A stretch of 64,000 bases of DNA from Alkalispirochaeta sp. (GTDB taxonomy: Bacteria; Spirochaetota; Spirochaetia; DSM-27196; Alkalispirochaetaceae), in assembly GCA_965601925.1 (NCBI GenBank), contig OZ271854.1, positions 3,168,001 to 3,232,000 on the forward strand, given 5' to 3'. The translations under genes and the position numbers were made by a program. This document shows, one piece after another, positions 49,089 to 59,956 of this stretch. The notes beneath the pieces were generated by a model, which was not told the DNA's origin, did not search any database, and saw only the letters and a list, made by a program, of their open reading frames with translations. Numbering within the stretch: the first letter of the stretch is position 1; each line of letters begins with the position of its first letter.

Positions 49089-49446
49089 AACGCTCGAAGA
49101 CGTTGCGGCGGGGCTCGCCCAAATCGAGGCGACGTTGGCGGAGTGGAGTTTCCCGAAAAGGACGCGCGTCGACGTGCTTACGATCTGTTCGGAGTTAATG
49201 TACAACGCCGTCGCCCACGCAGAGGACGGGGCGATCGAGGTCGAACGGGCGGAGGGAGCCGTCGAGATCGTCGCATCGGACCGCGGTGCCGGGCTGCCTC
49301 CGATCTCTAAGGTGTTTGCCGACGGCTGGAGTACGGGATCGTCGTTGGGCATCGGGCTCCCGGGCGTTTTGCGAATATGCGATGAGTTGTTCGTCAGCAC
49401 GTCGGGCACGGGGACTCACATCCGTGCTCTGGTGAGGACCGAATGA
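49072..49446 (+). CDS. rsbT: RsbT-like Ser/Thr kinase (HATPase)
   Basis: SELMYNAVAHA, SDRGAG, DGWSTGSSLGIGLPG..R..DE and GT. Confidence 0.88.
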   Translation: MPYNVRTLEDVAAGLAQIEATLAEWSFPKRTRVDVLTICSELMYNAVAHAEDGAIEVERAEGAVEIVASDRGAGLPPISKVFADGWSTGSSLGIGLPGVLRICDELFVSTSGTGTHIRALVRTE

Positions 49447-51482
49447 TCGGCGTTGCCGCGGCGGTGGTGCCGTACCGGTCTCCGGAGACGTGCGGCGACT
49501 TTTTTTTTCATAAGGGCGGTAGCTCCCACGATCTCATCGTCGTCGGGGACGTCGGGGGACACGGGTCGCCCGACCTTCCGCGGATCGCAGAGGAGTGCAA
49601 AGAGACGATACTTCACCACCGCGAGGAGGACCTGCGGCGCATCGTGCCGGAGGTCGACCGCCTCACGAGTCTGAAAAAGACGGGGCTCGTCCTGTGCGTC
49701 GCGCGATTCCACCACCGATTGGCACTCTTTGAGTACGTCGCCGTCGGCAACCTCAAGCTCTATCTGGTGCGCGACGGCACGGCACGACAACAGCCGATTC
49801 AAGAGGGAATCGTCGGTTACACACTTCCTTCGAGTCTCGGCGTCAACGCCATAAAGACGGCCCGCGACGATACCCTGTTGGTGATCTCCGACGGAATATC
49901 GGTACGGGAACGGTGGCTCAACTCGTTGCCGTGGTCCGGCGCATCGTTCGACGAGCTGTTGTCCGAGTTAACCAAGCCGGAGCACGCGAACGACGACGAT
50001 CGCATTGCGCTGCTCATACGGCCGCGCGTCGACGAGGGTGCAGCCGTACCTCGCGTCCTTGCCGATGAGCCTCTGCGCCCGAAGAGCGACGGGTACGACG
50101 AGGGGGATGCTTCGACGCCGTCCGACCTCCTCGACGAGTACCCCTCGACGCCCGACGACCCCACCGACCGCCGAGTGTCGGCGGAGGGCGCGGCGATCAC
50201 CGATCCCCCCGACGATACCGCCTCGGCACCGACCCGCCGCGAAGTCCCGTCCGTGAGCGCCCGCCGGCCGCACCGGGAGTTGAGTCCGTCGGCGACGCAC
50301 GGCGCGGGGGTGGACGCGTTCATCGAGCGTGTTAACAACGAGAGCCGTATCGACGAGTCGCGCTTGGACTGGGAGTGGCTGGTGTTGACACCCGCTCACT
50401 ACCACCGACGGCTCTCATCCAACGTTCGCCGATTCGTCGATGAGCTGGGCGTGGAGCCCCGTAGGGCGCGCAAATGTACGGCGGTCGTCTTGGAGCTGTT
50501 GTCAACCGCCCATACGATTCGATTGTTCCTGTCGTCTACGATGGTGACGATCCTGATAGATTTGTCTCCTGCGGATATCGGGAAGTTCGTTCCCCTCGCC
50601 GACACTGCGCTGCTCATTCGCGGTGCCGACGACCTTCGGGTGTGTCTGGGGTATTTCCTGTCCAATCCGATCGACGTCGACGACGCGACGTGGACCACCT
50701 ATCGAGAACTCCTTCAAAAGGATATCGACTACGACAGCTTCATAAAGATCAAAAAAAACGAGGTCGAAGTTACCAAGTTGCAACAGCAGGCCAAGATGGC
50801 CTCCATCGGCGAGATGATCGGGAACATCGCTCACCAGTGGCGCCAGCCCATCAATGCTCTCGGTTTGTACAACGCGGCGTTGCTTCGCAAACACGCCGTC
50901 AGCGGCCTGGACGACCAGACGATGCAGACCTTTGCGGAAAAGTCCGACGCGCTGATCCAGAGCATGAATCGTACGATCGAAGCGTTCCGCGATTTTTTTC
51001 GCCCCGATAAGAGAAAGGGCGAGTTCGACGTGAGTGATGCGGTCTCCAAGGCGGTCTCCTTTGTCGAGGCCGCGTACGTCGCGCACGGCATCGTCGCTAC
51101 ATTCGAGCCCGATCCGATGCTCGATATGCGCATCTCGGGATTCGAAAACGAGTTGTTACAAGTGTTGGTAAACATCCTCAACAACGCGAAAGACGCCATC
51201 GTGCATAACCACGTCGTCGAGGGACGCGTCGGAGTCACCCTCGGATTCGCCGGCGGCGATGTGCGGATTGCGATTTGCGATAACGGCGGCGGAATCCCGG
51301 ATGAGGTATTGGACAAGATATACGAGCCGTACTTCACGACGAAGTTCCAGAGCGAAGGCACCGGACTGGGACTCTACATGAGCAAGATGCTCATGGAGCG
51401 GTCGATGCGGGGGAGTATTCGCATCCAAAATCGCGGCGACGGGGCGTGCTGCGAGTTGTCCATGCCGACGGGGAGGTCATAG
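49443..51482 (+). CDS. RsbX-like PP2C phosphatase fused to a histidine kinase
   Basis: N-terminal CGD, DVGGHG, AVGN, GIVG, SDGI and DDD; acidic linker; C-terminal IGEMIGNIAHQWRQP, NILNNAKDA, DNGGG, EPYFTTK and GTGLGLY. Confidence 0.85.
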   Translation: MIGVAAAVVPYRSPETCGDFFFHKGGSSHDLIVVGDVGGHGSPDLPRIAEECKETILHHREEDLRRIVPEVDRLTSLKKTGLVLCVARFHHRLALFEYVAVGNLKLYLVRDGTARQQPIQEGIVGYTLPSSLGVNAIKTARDDTLLVISDGISVRERWLNSLPWSGASFDELLSELTKPEHANDDDRIALLIRPRVDEGAAVPRVLADEPLRPKSDGYDEGDASTPSDLLDEYPSTPDDPTDRRVSAEGAAITDPPDDTASAPTRREVPSVSARRPHRELSPSATHGAGVDAFIERVNNESRIDESRLDWEWLVLTPAHYHRRLSSNVRRFVDELGVEPRRARKCTAVVLELLSTAHTIRLFLSSTMVTILIDLSPADIGKFVPLADTALLIRGADDLRVCLGYFLSNPIDVDDATWTTYRELLQKDIDYDSFIKIKKNEVEVTKLQQQAKMASIGEMIGNIAHQWRQPINALGLYNAALLRKHAVSGLDDQTMQTFAEKSDALIQSMNRTIEAFRDFFRPDKRKGEFDVSDAVSKAVSFVEAAYVAHGIVATFEPDPMLDMRISGFENELLQVLVNILNNAKDAIVHNHVVEGRVGVTLGFAGGDVRIAICDNGGGIPDEVLDKIYEPYFTTKFQSEGTGLGLYMSKMLMERSMRGSIRIQNRGDGACCELSMPTGRS

Positions 51483-53599
51483 TGAGTTTGGAACACGTAA
51501 CGCTCCTGTGCGTTGAGGACGATTCCGCGACGTTAGACGCGATGAAGACGCTCCTGGAAGGCGAGGTCAAGGCGCTCTATCTCGCGTCCGACGGCAGGGA
51601 GGGACTGGAGGCGTTCAAGGAGCATGAACCGGACATCGTGGTAACCGATATCGCCATGCCGCGTATGAGCGGTATCGAGATGGCACGGCAGATTAAGGAG
51701 ATCGATCCGCACCGCCCCGTCGCGATGGTGACGGCGTACGACGACAAGAGTCACCTCGAAAAAGCGGTCAATATCGGTATCAACAAATACATCTACAAGC
51801 CGATCGTTGCTGATTCACTCTTGGACACATTGGAGCAACTCGCCGATGTCGTACAAAAGACCGACCGGATGAGGAGCTCACTGTCCGGTGACGACGGGAA
51901 TCGTCCCGCTACGGTGAATCCGCTGGAGATTGCACTGGACGGCGCGGATAGCGGGTTTTTCGACTGGAACATCGCGACCGATCGCCTCGTGTGCGGGCCG
52001 GTCTTCGATCGGACGTTTCAAACCGGCGACAAAGACTCGCCGACGACATTCGAACAGTGGGTTAAAACGTGGCATCCCGACGACGCAGCGATGATGACGT
52101 CGGAGTTGACGGAGTACATTCAATCGCAACGATCGACGCCCTTCAATCGTCGGGTCCGGATGAGCAACGCCGCCGGGGAGTGGCTATCCATCTCGTTCCG
52201 GGGAAAGTCGTACACCGATGACGACGGAGAGCCGCACTTCGCCGGCATCGTCGAGGACATCACCGAGCAGTCGAAGCGCGAGCAGGTGATACTCGATCGC
52301 TCGAAGTTTGATACGGTCACCGGAGTACTTGCGCACGCCGCCTTCTCGGATCGCTTGACCCGGAAGATGGCCGATGCACATTTCCTCCTGTGCTTCATCT
52401 CCGTGGACAAGCTCGACGCGATACGCTCCTCCTTGGGTCCGACGAGAACGGATCGCATCCTCAAAACGACCGCGCAGCGGATAGAGACTTTTCGTAACGA
52501 CGGCGATCTTCTGGGGCGCATACGGCAGGATTCATTCGGACTGACCGTTACTGTCGGTGATAGGTCGGCCGAGCCGTCGACGCTCCTCGCCGCATTGGTC
52601 GAAAAGCTCAAAGAGCCGATCGACTGTTACGGCCGCCGGGTGACGATCACGACGAACATCGGAGTCGTACCCCATTCACCGGAAGCCGGTTTCACGGTCG
52701 ACGGGGTCATCCACCACGCCATGCTGGCGATGTACGAGAACACGACGCGCGATACGGACTATTTTCTCGACGATATCGCCGGCGGCCGGCTCGAGGAGGC
52801 GGATAGGTTGATCCATCGCTTCGATGCGGCGATCGAGCGCGATGAGCTGCGACTCGTGTATCAGCCGAAAGTCAATATGTCGACGGGCGAACTTGCAGGG
52901 CTGGAGGCGTTGGTTCGCTGGGAGCATCCGGAGCGCGGCCTTTTGACACCCGGCTCGTTTCTACCTTTTATCGAAAACGACCACCGCATCATGAAGAAAC
53001 TCGGAGAGTGGGTATTCACGAGCGCCTTCGGCCAATTGATGGCGTGGAAACACGAGGGATTCGATACGTCGATCAGTCTGAACGTGAGCGCCGGAGAGTT
53101 TGAAGACGATGGAGTACTGATACGGTTACAGTCGATGTTTCACGCACATCCGACGATTGATCCCGAGGCCGTTGAGATCGAGGTGCTCGAGACGCAGGCG
53201 GTCAAAAACATGGGGGAGTTTTCGACGCAGTTGCAGTCGTGCCGAGCGTTGGGAGTACGCGTTGCGATCGACGATTTCGGAACCGGATACGCATCGCTGA
53301 ACTATCTGAAAAACTTCCCGTGGGACACCCTTAAAATCGATCAGTCTTTTGTCAGAGATATCGTTACCAACTCTCGAAGCTCGTCGATCGTTGAGCTGTC
53401 GGTGAAACTTGCCGGCGCCTTCGATAGCGGGATTGTGGCTGAGGGGGTAGAGGACGAGGCGTGCGGTGTGACATTGCGGCGCTTCGGCTGCGACGTAGCG
53501 CAAGGGTACGCGATCTGTCGGCCTATTCCTCCGGAGGCCGTCGTCGAGTGGTACGAACACTGGGAACCGTTTCCGAGTTGGCAATCCGTGCCGGAGTAA
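51482..53599 (+). CDS. REC-PAS-GGDEF(degenerate)-EAL c-di-GMP phosphodiesterase
   Basis: REC (VEDD, TDIAMP, YKP); PAS (WHPDD); GGDEF site reads RQDSF; intact EAL motifs YQPK, EALVRW, LNVS, DDFGTG, KIDQSF, AEGVE and QGY. Confidence 0.92.
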   Translation: MSLEHVTLLCVEDDSATLDAMKTLLEGEVKALYLASDGREGLEAFKEHEPDIVVTDIAMPRMSGIEMARQIKEIDPHRPVAMVTAYDDKSHLEKAVNIGINKYIYKPIVADSLLDTLEQLADVVQKTDRMRSSLSGDDGNRPATVNPLEIALDGADSGFFDWNIATDRLVCGPVFDRTFQTGDKDSPTTFEQWVKTWHPDDAAMMTSELTEYIQSQRSTPFNRRVRMSNAAGEWLSISFRGKSYTDDDGEPHFAGIVEDITEQSKREQVILDRSKFDTVTGVLAHAAFSDRLTRKMADAHFLLCFISVDKLDAIRSSLGPTRTDRILKTTAQRIETFRNDGDLLGRIRQDSFGLTVTVGDRSAEPSTLLAALVEKLKEPIDCYGRRVTITTNIGVVPHSPEAGFTVDGVIHHAMLAMYENTTRDTDYFLDDIAGGRLEEADRLIHRFDAAIERDELRLVYQPKVNMSTGELAGLEALVRWEHPERGLLTPGSFLPFIENDHRIMKKLGEWVFTSAFGQLMAWKHEGFDTSISLNVSAGEFEDDGVLIRLQSMFHAHPTIDPEAVEIEVLETQAVKNMGEFSTQLQSCRALGVRVAIDDFGTGYASLNYLKNFPWDTLKIDQSFVRDIVTNSRSSSIVELSVKLAGAFDSGIVAEGVEDEACGVTLRRFGCDVAQGYAICRPIPPEAVVEWYEHWEPFPSWQSVPE

Positions 53600-53680
53600 T
53601 CGCGTGCCGCGTGCCGCCGTCCGACGCCTCTCCAACGCCCCCAAGACCGACCGCACACGATCTGCTAAGGTACGATACGA

Positions 53681-54436
53681 ATGGCCGTTTCGCTCTTCGA
53701 TACCGTCGCCGTGCTTCCGCATCTTCCTCGGTTCCTTGGCGACGAGGAGGAGTTTGCCGCGTTGACCTCCCTTGCGCCGCCGGTGGTCGCCGCCGTCTGT
53801 CGGCACGGATACATGCCCATGGCCTTCGGAGACGACGGGCCGCCGATACTCTTGATCAAATGCCACCACAGACGCGCAGTCCTGGAGTTTGAGAACCTCC
53901 ACGTCCCGCGCAATACGGCGCGTTACGCCCGAGACTTGCTCATCGGCATCGATGTCGACTTCGTCGGTGCATTGGACGACGTGTTGGCACACCACCGCGA
54001 GTCGTGGATCTCCTCGGATCTTGCAAGGACCCTCGTTACGATCCATGAGACGCCGATCGAAGGGGTGCACGTTCATTCGGTGGAACTCTACGAAGAAGAC
54101 CGCCGCATCGCCGGGGAGATCGGGTACGCGTGCGGCGGCGTCTATACGAGCCTCTCGGGGTTCCACACCAGAAACGGGAGCGGAACGGCGCAGATGGTAG
54201 CGCTCGCGGTTGTTCTCAAGGAGGCGGGATGCGCCTTCTGGGATCTGGGCATGGAGATGGACTACAAGGACCGACTGGGCGCAACGTATATGGTGCGCGA
54301 CGCGTTTCTGCAACGCTATCGGACACTCGGCGAACTCTCGCCTCCCGGTGCGCCCGGAACGCAGTGCACGCTCCCGCGCGGTATGATCTCCGAGACCGTC
54401 GCCGAGATCGTGCAGCGGGCACGCGGACGGACATAG
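53681..54436 (+). CDS. aat: Leucyl/phenylalanyl-tRNA--protein transferase
   Basis: GYMPM, SWI, HSVELY, AGEIG, YTSLSGF, WDLG and LGA. Confidence 0.8.
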   Translation: MAVSLFDTVAVLPHLPRFLGDEEEFAALTSLAPPVVAAVCRHGYMPMAFGDDGPPILLIKCHHRRAVLEFENLHVPRNTARYARDLLIGIDVDFVGALDDVLAHHRESWISSDLARTLVTIHETPIEGVHVHSVELYEEDRRIAGEIGYACGGVYTSLSGFHTRNGSGTAQMVALAVVLKEAGCAFWDLGMEMDYKDRLGATYMVRDAFLQRYRTLGELSPPGAPGTQCTLPRGMISETVAEIVQRARGRT

Positions 54437-54535
54437 CATCCACGGCGACGCACGGCGAGTGAACACAACGCTTGACCGCGACAACCCGTTTTTGTATTTT
54501 GTTCAATGTTGAACGATAAAGAAAGGAGTGTCGCT

Positions 54536-55489
54536 ATGGATACGACATTACAGTTGGGCGGACTACACCACGTGACCGCCATAACCGGTTCGGCGGGCGA
54601 GAACGTGCGATTCTATACGCGCGTTTTGGGTCTCAGACTGGTAAAAAAGACGGTGAACCAGGACGACACCTCGGCCTACCATCTCTATTATGCCGACGCA
54701 GTAGGAAGTCCCGGAACGGACATGACATTTTTCGACTGGCCTGCGCTGCCGGAGGCGCGCCCCGGGAACGATAGCATCTCCCGAACGTGGTTTCGCGTCG
54801 CAAGCGAGGCGAGTCTCGATTTCTGGAGCGACAGACTACGCACCGCGGAGGCGCGTGATATCGAGCGCGCGACGGTCGCGGGACACTCGGTGCTCACATT
54901 TACCGATTTCGAGGGACAGCGCCTCGGGCTGGTCGATGACGAAGACTCACCGGTTGAGGGGACCCCTCATGCGGTCGAGGATATTCCGGCCGAGCACCGT
55001 ATTCGCGGTTTTTTTGCGGTGGAGCTCACCGTAGCCGACCGTAACGAGGTCGATCCGATTTTGACCTCTCTACTCGCGATGGAGTACGCCGGCGGCGAGG
55101 GGCGCGCGACGAACCCGCACATTTATCGGATGGCCGGCGGCGGTGCGGGACGTGAGGTGTGGATTCGGGAGGCGCCCGATATGGGTCGCGCTCGCCAGGG
55201 GCGAGGGGCGGTCCACCACGTCGCCTTTCGCGTCGCCGACGAGGCGGAGCAGGGCCGGTGGGAGGAACGTCTAAACGGCGTGGGAATGCCCCATTCGGGG
55301 CAGATCGAGCGGTTCTATTTCAAATCGGTCTACTTCCGCATCTCCGACGGCATCCTCTTTGAGCTGGCGACCGACGGGCCCGGCTTTGCGACGGACGAGG
55401 AGATGGAGCACTTGGGCGAGACGCTCTCGCTCCCGCCCTTTTTGGAGCCGCAGCGCGACCGGATCGAGGCGGGCCTTACCCCGATTTGA
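54536..55489 (+). CDS. Ring-cleaving dioxygenase/glyoxalase (MhqA/MhqO-type)
   Basis: [52 protein letters not shown] and LSLPPFLE. Confidence 0.9.
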   Translation: MDTTLQLGGLHHVTAITGSAGENVRFYTRVLGLRLVKKTVNQDDTSAYHLYYADAVGSPGTDMTFFDWPALPEARPGNDSISRTWFRVASEASLDFWSDRLRTAEARDIERATVAGHSVLTFTDFEGQRLGLVDDEDSPVEGTPHAVEDIPAEHRIRGFFAVELTVADRNEVDPILTSLLAMEYAGGEGRATNPHIYRMAGGGAGREVWIREAPDMGRARQGRGAVHHVAFRVADEAEQGRWEERLNGVGMPHSGQIERFYFKSVYFRISDGILFELATDGPGFATDEEMEHLGETLSLPPFLEPQRDRIEAGLTPI

Positions 55490-56984
55490 GGCCGCCGTAC
55501 GACTCGGCGAGGCGGAGCTCGCGACGAAATGCGCTAAGACGGGTCGCCCGGTCGATCAAGACCATCTCGACCCCCGCGATCTCCGCGTAATCCTCCATCA
55601 TTTCCGTGGTGACGGCCTGACTGAAACCGGTGTGGTGGGCGCCTCCGGCGTAGATCCACGCCGTGGCGGCCGTCTCCAACTCGGGCCTGGGAATCCAGAC
55701 GGTACGGGCGACGGGGAGGTGCGGGAGGCGTTCGTCGGGCGCAACGGCATCGACCTCATTGACGATCAGCCTGAAGCGGTCGCCGAGGTCTATCATGGAC
55801 GCGTTGAGCGCCTCGCCGGGCGGCGAGTCGAACACCATACGTACGGGATCGGCTTTGCCGCCGATCCCCAATGGGTGAATTTCCACCGTCGGTCTTCCCG
55901 CGGCGATGGAGGGACAGATTTCAAGCATATGTGCACCGAGGACGCGCTCCCGCCCCGGCTCAAAGTGGTACGTATAGTCCTCCATGAACGAGGTGCCGCC
56001 CGGCAGTCCGGACGCCATCACCTTCATCGCCCGCAGCAGCGCCGCGGTCTTCCAGTCCCCCTCGGCCCCGAATCCGTACCCATCGGCCATGAGGCGCTGA
56101 ACGGGCAGGCCCGGCAACTGATCGAGGCCGTGAAGGTTCTCGAAGGTGTCGGTAAAGGCGACGAACTTCCCGTCCTCCAGAAAGACGCGTAGTGCCGCCT
56201 CGATCCGCGCCGCGTAGCGGAGTGCGTCGTGCCGTTCTCCGCCGGGCATGAGTGCGGCGGCCACGGTGTATCGGTCCGTATATTCGGCAACCAGACGATC
56301 GACTTCGCCGTCGGGTACCTCGAGGAGACGGGCCGACAGATCGCCCATGCCGTACCCGTTCACCGAGTAACCGAACGTGATCTCCGCCGCCACTTTGTCA
56401 CCCTCGGTTACCGCAACGTCGCGCATGTTGTCGCCGAAGCGCGCGATACGCGCCCCCTGGAGGTCGGCCCACGCCGCTGCGGCGCGCGTCCACGCTCCGA
56501 TACGTCTCCGTGGAGTTGTGCTTTCCCAATGACCGGTGACCACTTTGCGTCGCAGCCCCATGCGAGTGGCGATGAAGCCGAACTCGCGGCCGCCGTGTGC
56601 CGTCTGGTGCAGATTCATGAAGTCCATATCGATGGTGCGCCACGGAATATCTCTACCGTACTGCGTATGAAAATGAAGGAGCGGTTTCGCCAAGCGACGG
56701 AGGCCGGCGATCCACATCTTCGCCGGAGAGAACGTGTGCATCCACAGCACGACGCCGATGCACCGCCCTTCGTCGTTCGCCTCGGCCACGGCATGGGAAA
56801 TCTCCTCGGCTCTCGTCAGTACGCCTTTGTACCGTACCGGTACCGGTATCTCCGCGCTCTCGTCCAAGGCGGCGGCGATCCGGGAGGCGTCCCCGGCGAC
56901 CTCTTTTAAGGGGCCGGGACCGTATAGATGTTGGCTTCCCGCATAGAACCACACCTCGAGTTCATCGAACCGGATTTCCGCCAT
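55476..56984 (-). CDS. araA: L-arabinose isomerase
   Basis: [48 protein letters not shown] and AGGAHH. Confidence 0.97.
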   Translation of the reverse strand: MAEIRFDELEVWFYAGSQHLYGPGPLKEVAGDASRIAAALDESAEIPVPVRYKGVLTRAEEISHAVAEANDEGRCIGVVLWMHTFSPAKMWIAGLRRLAKPLLHFHTQYGRDIPWRTIDMDFMNLHQTAHGGREFGFIATRMGLRRKVVTGHWESTTPRRRIGAWTRAAAAWADLQGARIARFGDNMRDVAVTEGDKVAAEITFGYSVNGYGMGDLSARLLEVPDGEVDRLVAEYTDRYTVAAALMPGGERHDALRYAARIEAALRVFLEDGKFVAFTDTFENLHGLDQLPGLPVQRLMADGYGFGAEGDWKTAALLRAMKVMASGLPGGTSFMEDYTYHFEPGRERVLGAHMLEICPSIAAGRPTVEIHPLGIGGKADPVRMVFDSPPGEALNASMIDLGDRFRLIVNEVDAVAPDERLPHLPVARTVWIPRPELETAATAWIYAGGAHHTGFSQAVTTEMMEDYAEIAGVEMVLIDRATRLSAFRRELRLAESYGGLKSG

Positions 56985-58089
56985 AGTGTCCGTCTCCTTG
57001 GGTGAACATGTCTCCGGCCGATGCAGCCGAGTGGTGAAACCGAAGCGTCTCTTGGGAGACGAGATCGACCGGTATTCTGTGTTGCGGTTCTATCGTCTCT
57101 CCCAATACTGCGTGACGATAGAGGGCGTACACCGCCTGATAGCCCTGATTTCCCGGCTGTTGGTTAATGAGGAACGAAAGCTCTCCGTCGCGCAGGCACG
57201 TGATGTTTTCCGAAATGAGGTCGTATCCCACTATCGGAGGAATGTGCATGGGGCGCAGCGCCGCTACAACGGCGTGCGCCGCCGCGTTGGTGACGAAGAT
57301 TCCCGCTAACGGCGGCGCATCGGCCGCACCGCGGCGACGTACCACCTCGTACAGATGGCGCTCGTCGTGCGCCTCTATGCGTTCGACGTCAATCGCGCGT
57401 CTCTCGTTCCCGGCGACCGCCGTCTTTTCGAGACTGCCTGCAAAATACGCCTCGAACCCGGCGCGACGGCGATTGAGATGGTAATCGCCTTGTCCGACCG
57501 TAACCGACGCGACGCGCCCGGTACGCGCCAACAAGTGGAGCATCTTGGCCGCCAGGAGTCCGCTCTCAAAGCTCTCCTGGGAGATTGAGCAGAGCACCGT
57601 TCCGTCGGGAAGCTCGCCGTCCAATACCACCGTAGGAATCTCACCGTGGTCGGCGAGCAGGCGTGAAACCTCCCGTTGCAGCGTCGGTGCCAGTACCATC
57701 CCGCGCACTCGTCGTTCCCGCGCCGCACCTGCGCCGGACTCGACAAACACCTCCTCCACCGCGCGGTCGAACGAGGGTGGGTCGAATCGGTCGTAGTGCG
57801 CAAACCGTACGTTGACATAGTGGTGCGCCAACTCTTTCACCGCACGAGTGATTCCGGCAACGACGAGCTTCCAAAATCCACCGTCCTGGTCGGGGTGGGG
57901 TAGCAACGCGAGAAACGTGTGATGCTCGGCGCGGGAGAGATTGCTCGCGACGCGGTTGGGCTGAAAGCGAAGGCTCTTCGCCGCTTCCCACACGCGTTCG
58001 GCGGTGTTCTTGGAGAATCGTCCCCGGTTGTGAAACACGCGATCGACCGTGCCGATTGAAACCCCGGCGAGAAGGGCTACGTCCTTCAT
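56962..58089 (-). CDS. LacI-family regulator of the ara locus
   Basis: [30 protein letters not shown] and INQQP..QG; overlaps the araA start. The start may lie a few codons upstream. Confidence 0.9.
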   Translation of the reverse strand: MKDVALLAGVSIGTVDRVFHNRGRFSKNTAERVWEAAKSLRFQPNRVASNLSRAEHHTFLALLPHPDQDGGFWKLVVAGITRAVKELAHHYVNVRFAHYDRFDPPSFDRAVEEVFVESGAGAARERRVRGMVLAPTLQREVSRLLADHGEIPTVVLDGELPDGTVLCSISQESFESGLLAAKMLHLLARTGRVASVTVGQGDYHLNRRRAGFEAYFAGSLEKTAVAGNERRAIDVERIEAHDERHLYEVVRRRGAADAPPLAGIFVTNAAAHAVVAALRPMHIPPIVGYDLISENITCLRDGELSFLINQQPGNQGYQAVYALYRHAVLGETIEPQHRIPVDLVSQETLRFHHSAASAGDMFTQGDGHYGGNPVR

Positions 58090-58153
58090 CGTAGCGGTCT
58101 TCAGTCCGGCCTCCGGTTGCGCGCCGTCTTCATATTTCAATGGTATCCTCTGT

Positions 58154-58236
58154 GCGTTACCGTTAACGCGATTGTACGACCGCCCTCTGAGCCTGTCAAG
58201 ATTGAACTTTACAAGCGCGAACGAGTGCGGTATCGT
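58154..58236. promoter_or_regulatory. Divergent ara promoters with LacI-type operator
   Basis: Operator GCGTTACCGTTAACGC (58154-58169); minus strand TTGACA-17-TACAAT (58199-58171); plus strand TTTACA-17-TATCGT (58208-58236). Confidence 0.75.
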
Positions 58237-58273
58237 CGACGCCGACACCACCATTATATACAGGGAGCTCATC

Positions 58274-59956
58274 ATGGCGTATACGATCGGATTAGACTAC
58301 GGTACCAACTCGGCGCGCGCGGTAGTAGTGCGCCTATCCGACGGGGCGGAAGTTGCGACCGAGATTGCCACATACTCCCACGGGGAAGAGGGCATTCTTC
58401 TCGACCGGCGGGACCCCAATGTGGCGCGACAACACCCGGCGGACTATCTGGAGGCGGCGCGTCGGACGGTTCGTGCCGCGGTGCAGCGTGCGACGGAGAT
58501 GGGGGTAAAGGCCGACGAGGTGATCGCCCTCGGTGTCGATACCACCGGCAGCACCCCGCTTCCGATTATGCGTGACCTCACCCCTTTGGCGATGACCGAT
58601 GAGTTTGCCGACAACATGACCGCCATGGCGTGGCTCTGGAAGGACCACAGCTCGACCGCCGAGGCCGAGGCGATTACCACCGCGGCTCGCAAAGATCGAC
58701 CTCGTTATCTCGCCAAGACCGGTGGCGTGTACTCGTCGGAGTGGCTGTGGGCCAAGGTGTGGCGGGCGTGGCGCGACGACCCCACGGTGGTGGAGGCGGC
58801 CGATACGTGGATGGAGATCGCCGACTGGATTCCGGCGACGCTGTGCGGCATCCGCGACGCCGCCTCGGTGCGGCGGAGTGTATGCGCCGCGGGACACAAG
58901 GGGATGTTTCACTCCTCGTGGGGCGGCTACCCGGACGAGGAGTTTTTGGCTTCCTTGGAGCCCGCTCTTGCCGCGGTGCGGCGGACCCTTCCCGATGAGG
59001 CGTGGGGCGTCGAGCACGCCGTCGGCACGCTCGACGATTCGTGGGCCGACGCGTTCGGCCTCCGTGCCGGGATTCCCGTGGCGGTGGGCGCCTTCGATGC
59101 GCACCTCGGTGCCGTGGGGTCCGGTATCAAGGCGGGGAGATTGGTAAAGATCGTCGGTACGTCTACCTGCGATATCATGGTCGCCTCAGACGACGGTTCG
59201 ATACCCGATATTCCCGGTATCTCGGGCATCGTTCCCGGTTCGGTTCTTCCCGGGTACCTCGGCATCGAGGCGGGACAGAGTGCCGTCGGCGATATTTTTA
59301 ACTGGTTCGTCAACGTGATCAGCCCCGGTGGGCGTGAGGCGGGAAGCCACGAAGCGCTCACCGCCGCCGCCGAGACGCTCCGGCCCGGCGAAAGCGGACT
59401 TTTGGCCCTCGACTGGCACAACGGTAATCGCACCGTTTTGGTGGATCAGCGGCTTACGGGTACCATTGTCGGGCTGACGCTCCACAGTACTCCCGGCGAG
59501 ATCTATCGGGCGCTGGTGGAGGCGACCGCCTTCGGCGCGCGACGCATTATCGAGCAGATCGAGTCATACGGGCAGAAGATCGACGAGGTCGTCAACTGCG
59601 GCGGTATCTCGATCAAGAACACCTTGGTCATGCAGACCTACGCCGACGTACTCAATCGTCCCATGAAGATATCGCGCAGTACCCAGACGCCGGCGCTCGG
59701 GAGCGCTATCGCCGCGGCGGTCGTCGCGGGAGGAGAACGGGGAGGATACGATGATTTCGATGCCGCTATGGACGCCATGACGGGAACGATGGAACGCGTG
59801 TTCGAGCCGATACCGGCGCATGTCGCGGTTTACGAACGACTGTATCGACTCTACCGGGCGATCCATGACGCCTTCGGTGTAGAGGGAGAAGCGGTGTCGC
59901 TTTTTCACGTCATGAAGGAGCTGTTGGATATTCGTAACGAGGAGCGACGGTCGTGA
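58274..59956 (+). CDS. araB: Ribulokinase
   Basis: IGLDYGT, QHPADY, DTTGST, WKDH, YSSEW, CAAGHK, FDAH, GTSTC, EAGQSAVGD and LDWHNGNR. Confidence 0.96.
   Translation: MAYTIGLDYGTNSARAVVVRLSDGAEVATEIATYSHGEEGILLDRRDPNVARQHPADYLEAARRTVRAAVQRATEMGVKADEVIALGVDTTGSTPLPIMRDLTPLAMTDEFADNMTAMAWLWKDHSSTAEAEAITTAARKDRPRYLAKTGGVYSSEWLWAKVWRAWRDDPTVVEAADTWMEIADWIPATLCGIRDAASVRRSVCAAGHKGMFHSSWGGYPDEEFLASLEPALAAVRRTLPDEAWGVEHAVGTLDDSWADAFGLRAGIPVAVGAFDAHLGAVGSGIKAGRLVKIVGTSTCDIMVASDDGSIPDIPGISGIVPGSVLPGYLGIEAGQSAVGDIFNWFVNVISPGGREAGSHEALTAAAETLRPGESGLLALDWHNGNRTVLVDQRLTGTIVGLTLHSTPGEIYRALVEATAFGARRIIEQIESYGQKIDEVVNCGGISIKNTLVMQTYADVLNRPMKISRSTQTPALGSAIAAAVVAGGERGGYDDFDAAMDAMTGTMERVFEPIPAHVAVYERLYRLYRAIHDAFGVEGEAVSLFHVMKELLDIRNEERRS

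Noticed and set aside
52300..52760. Active diguanylate cyclase
   Set aside because: The GGDEF signature is replaced by RQDSF and the upstream metal-binding motif is eroded.
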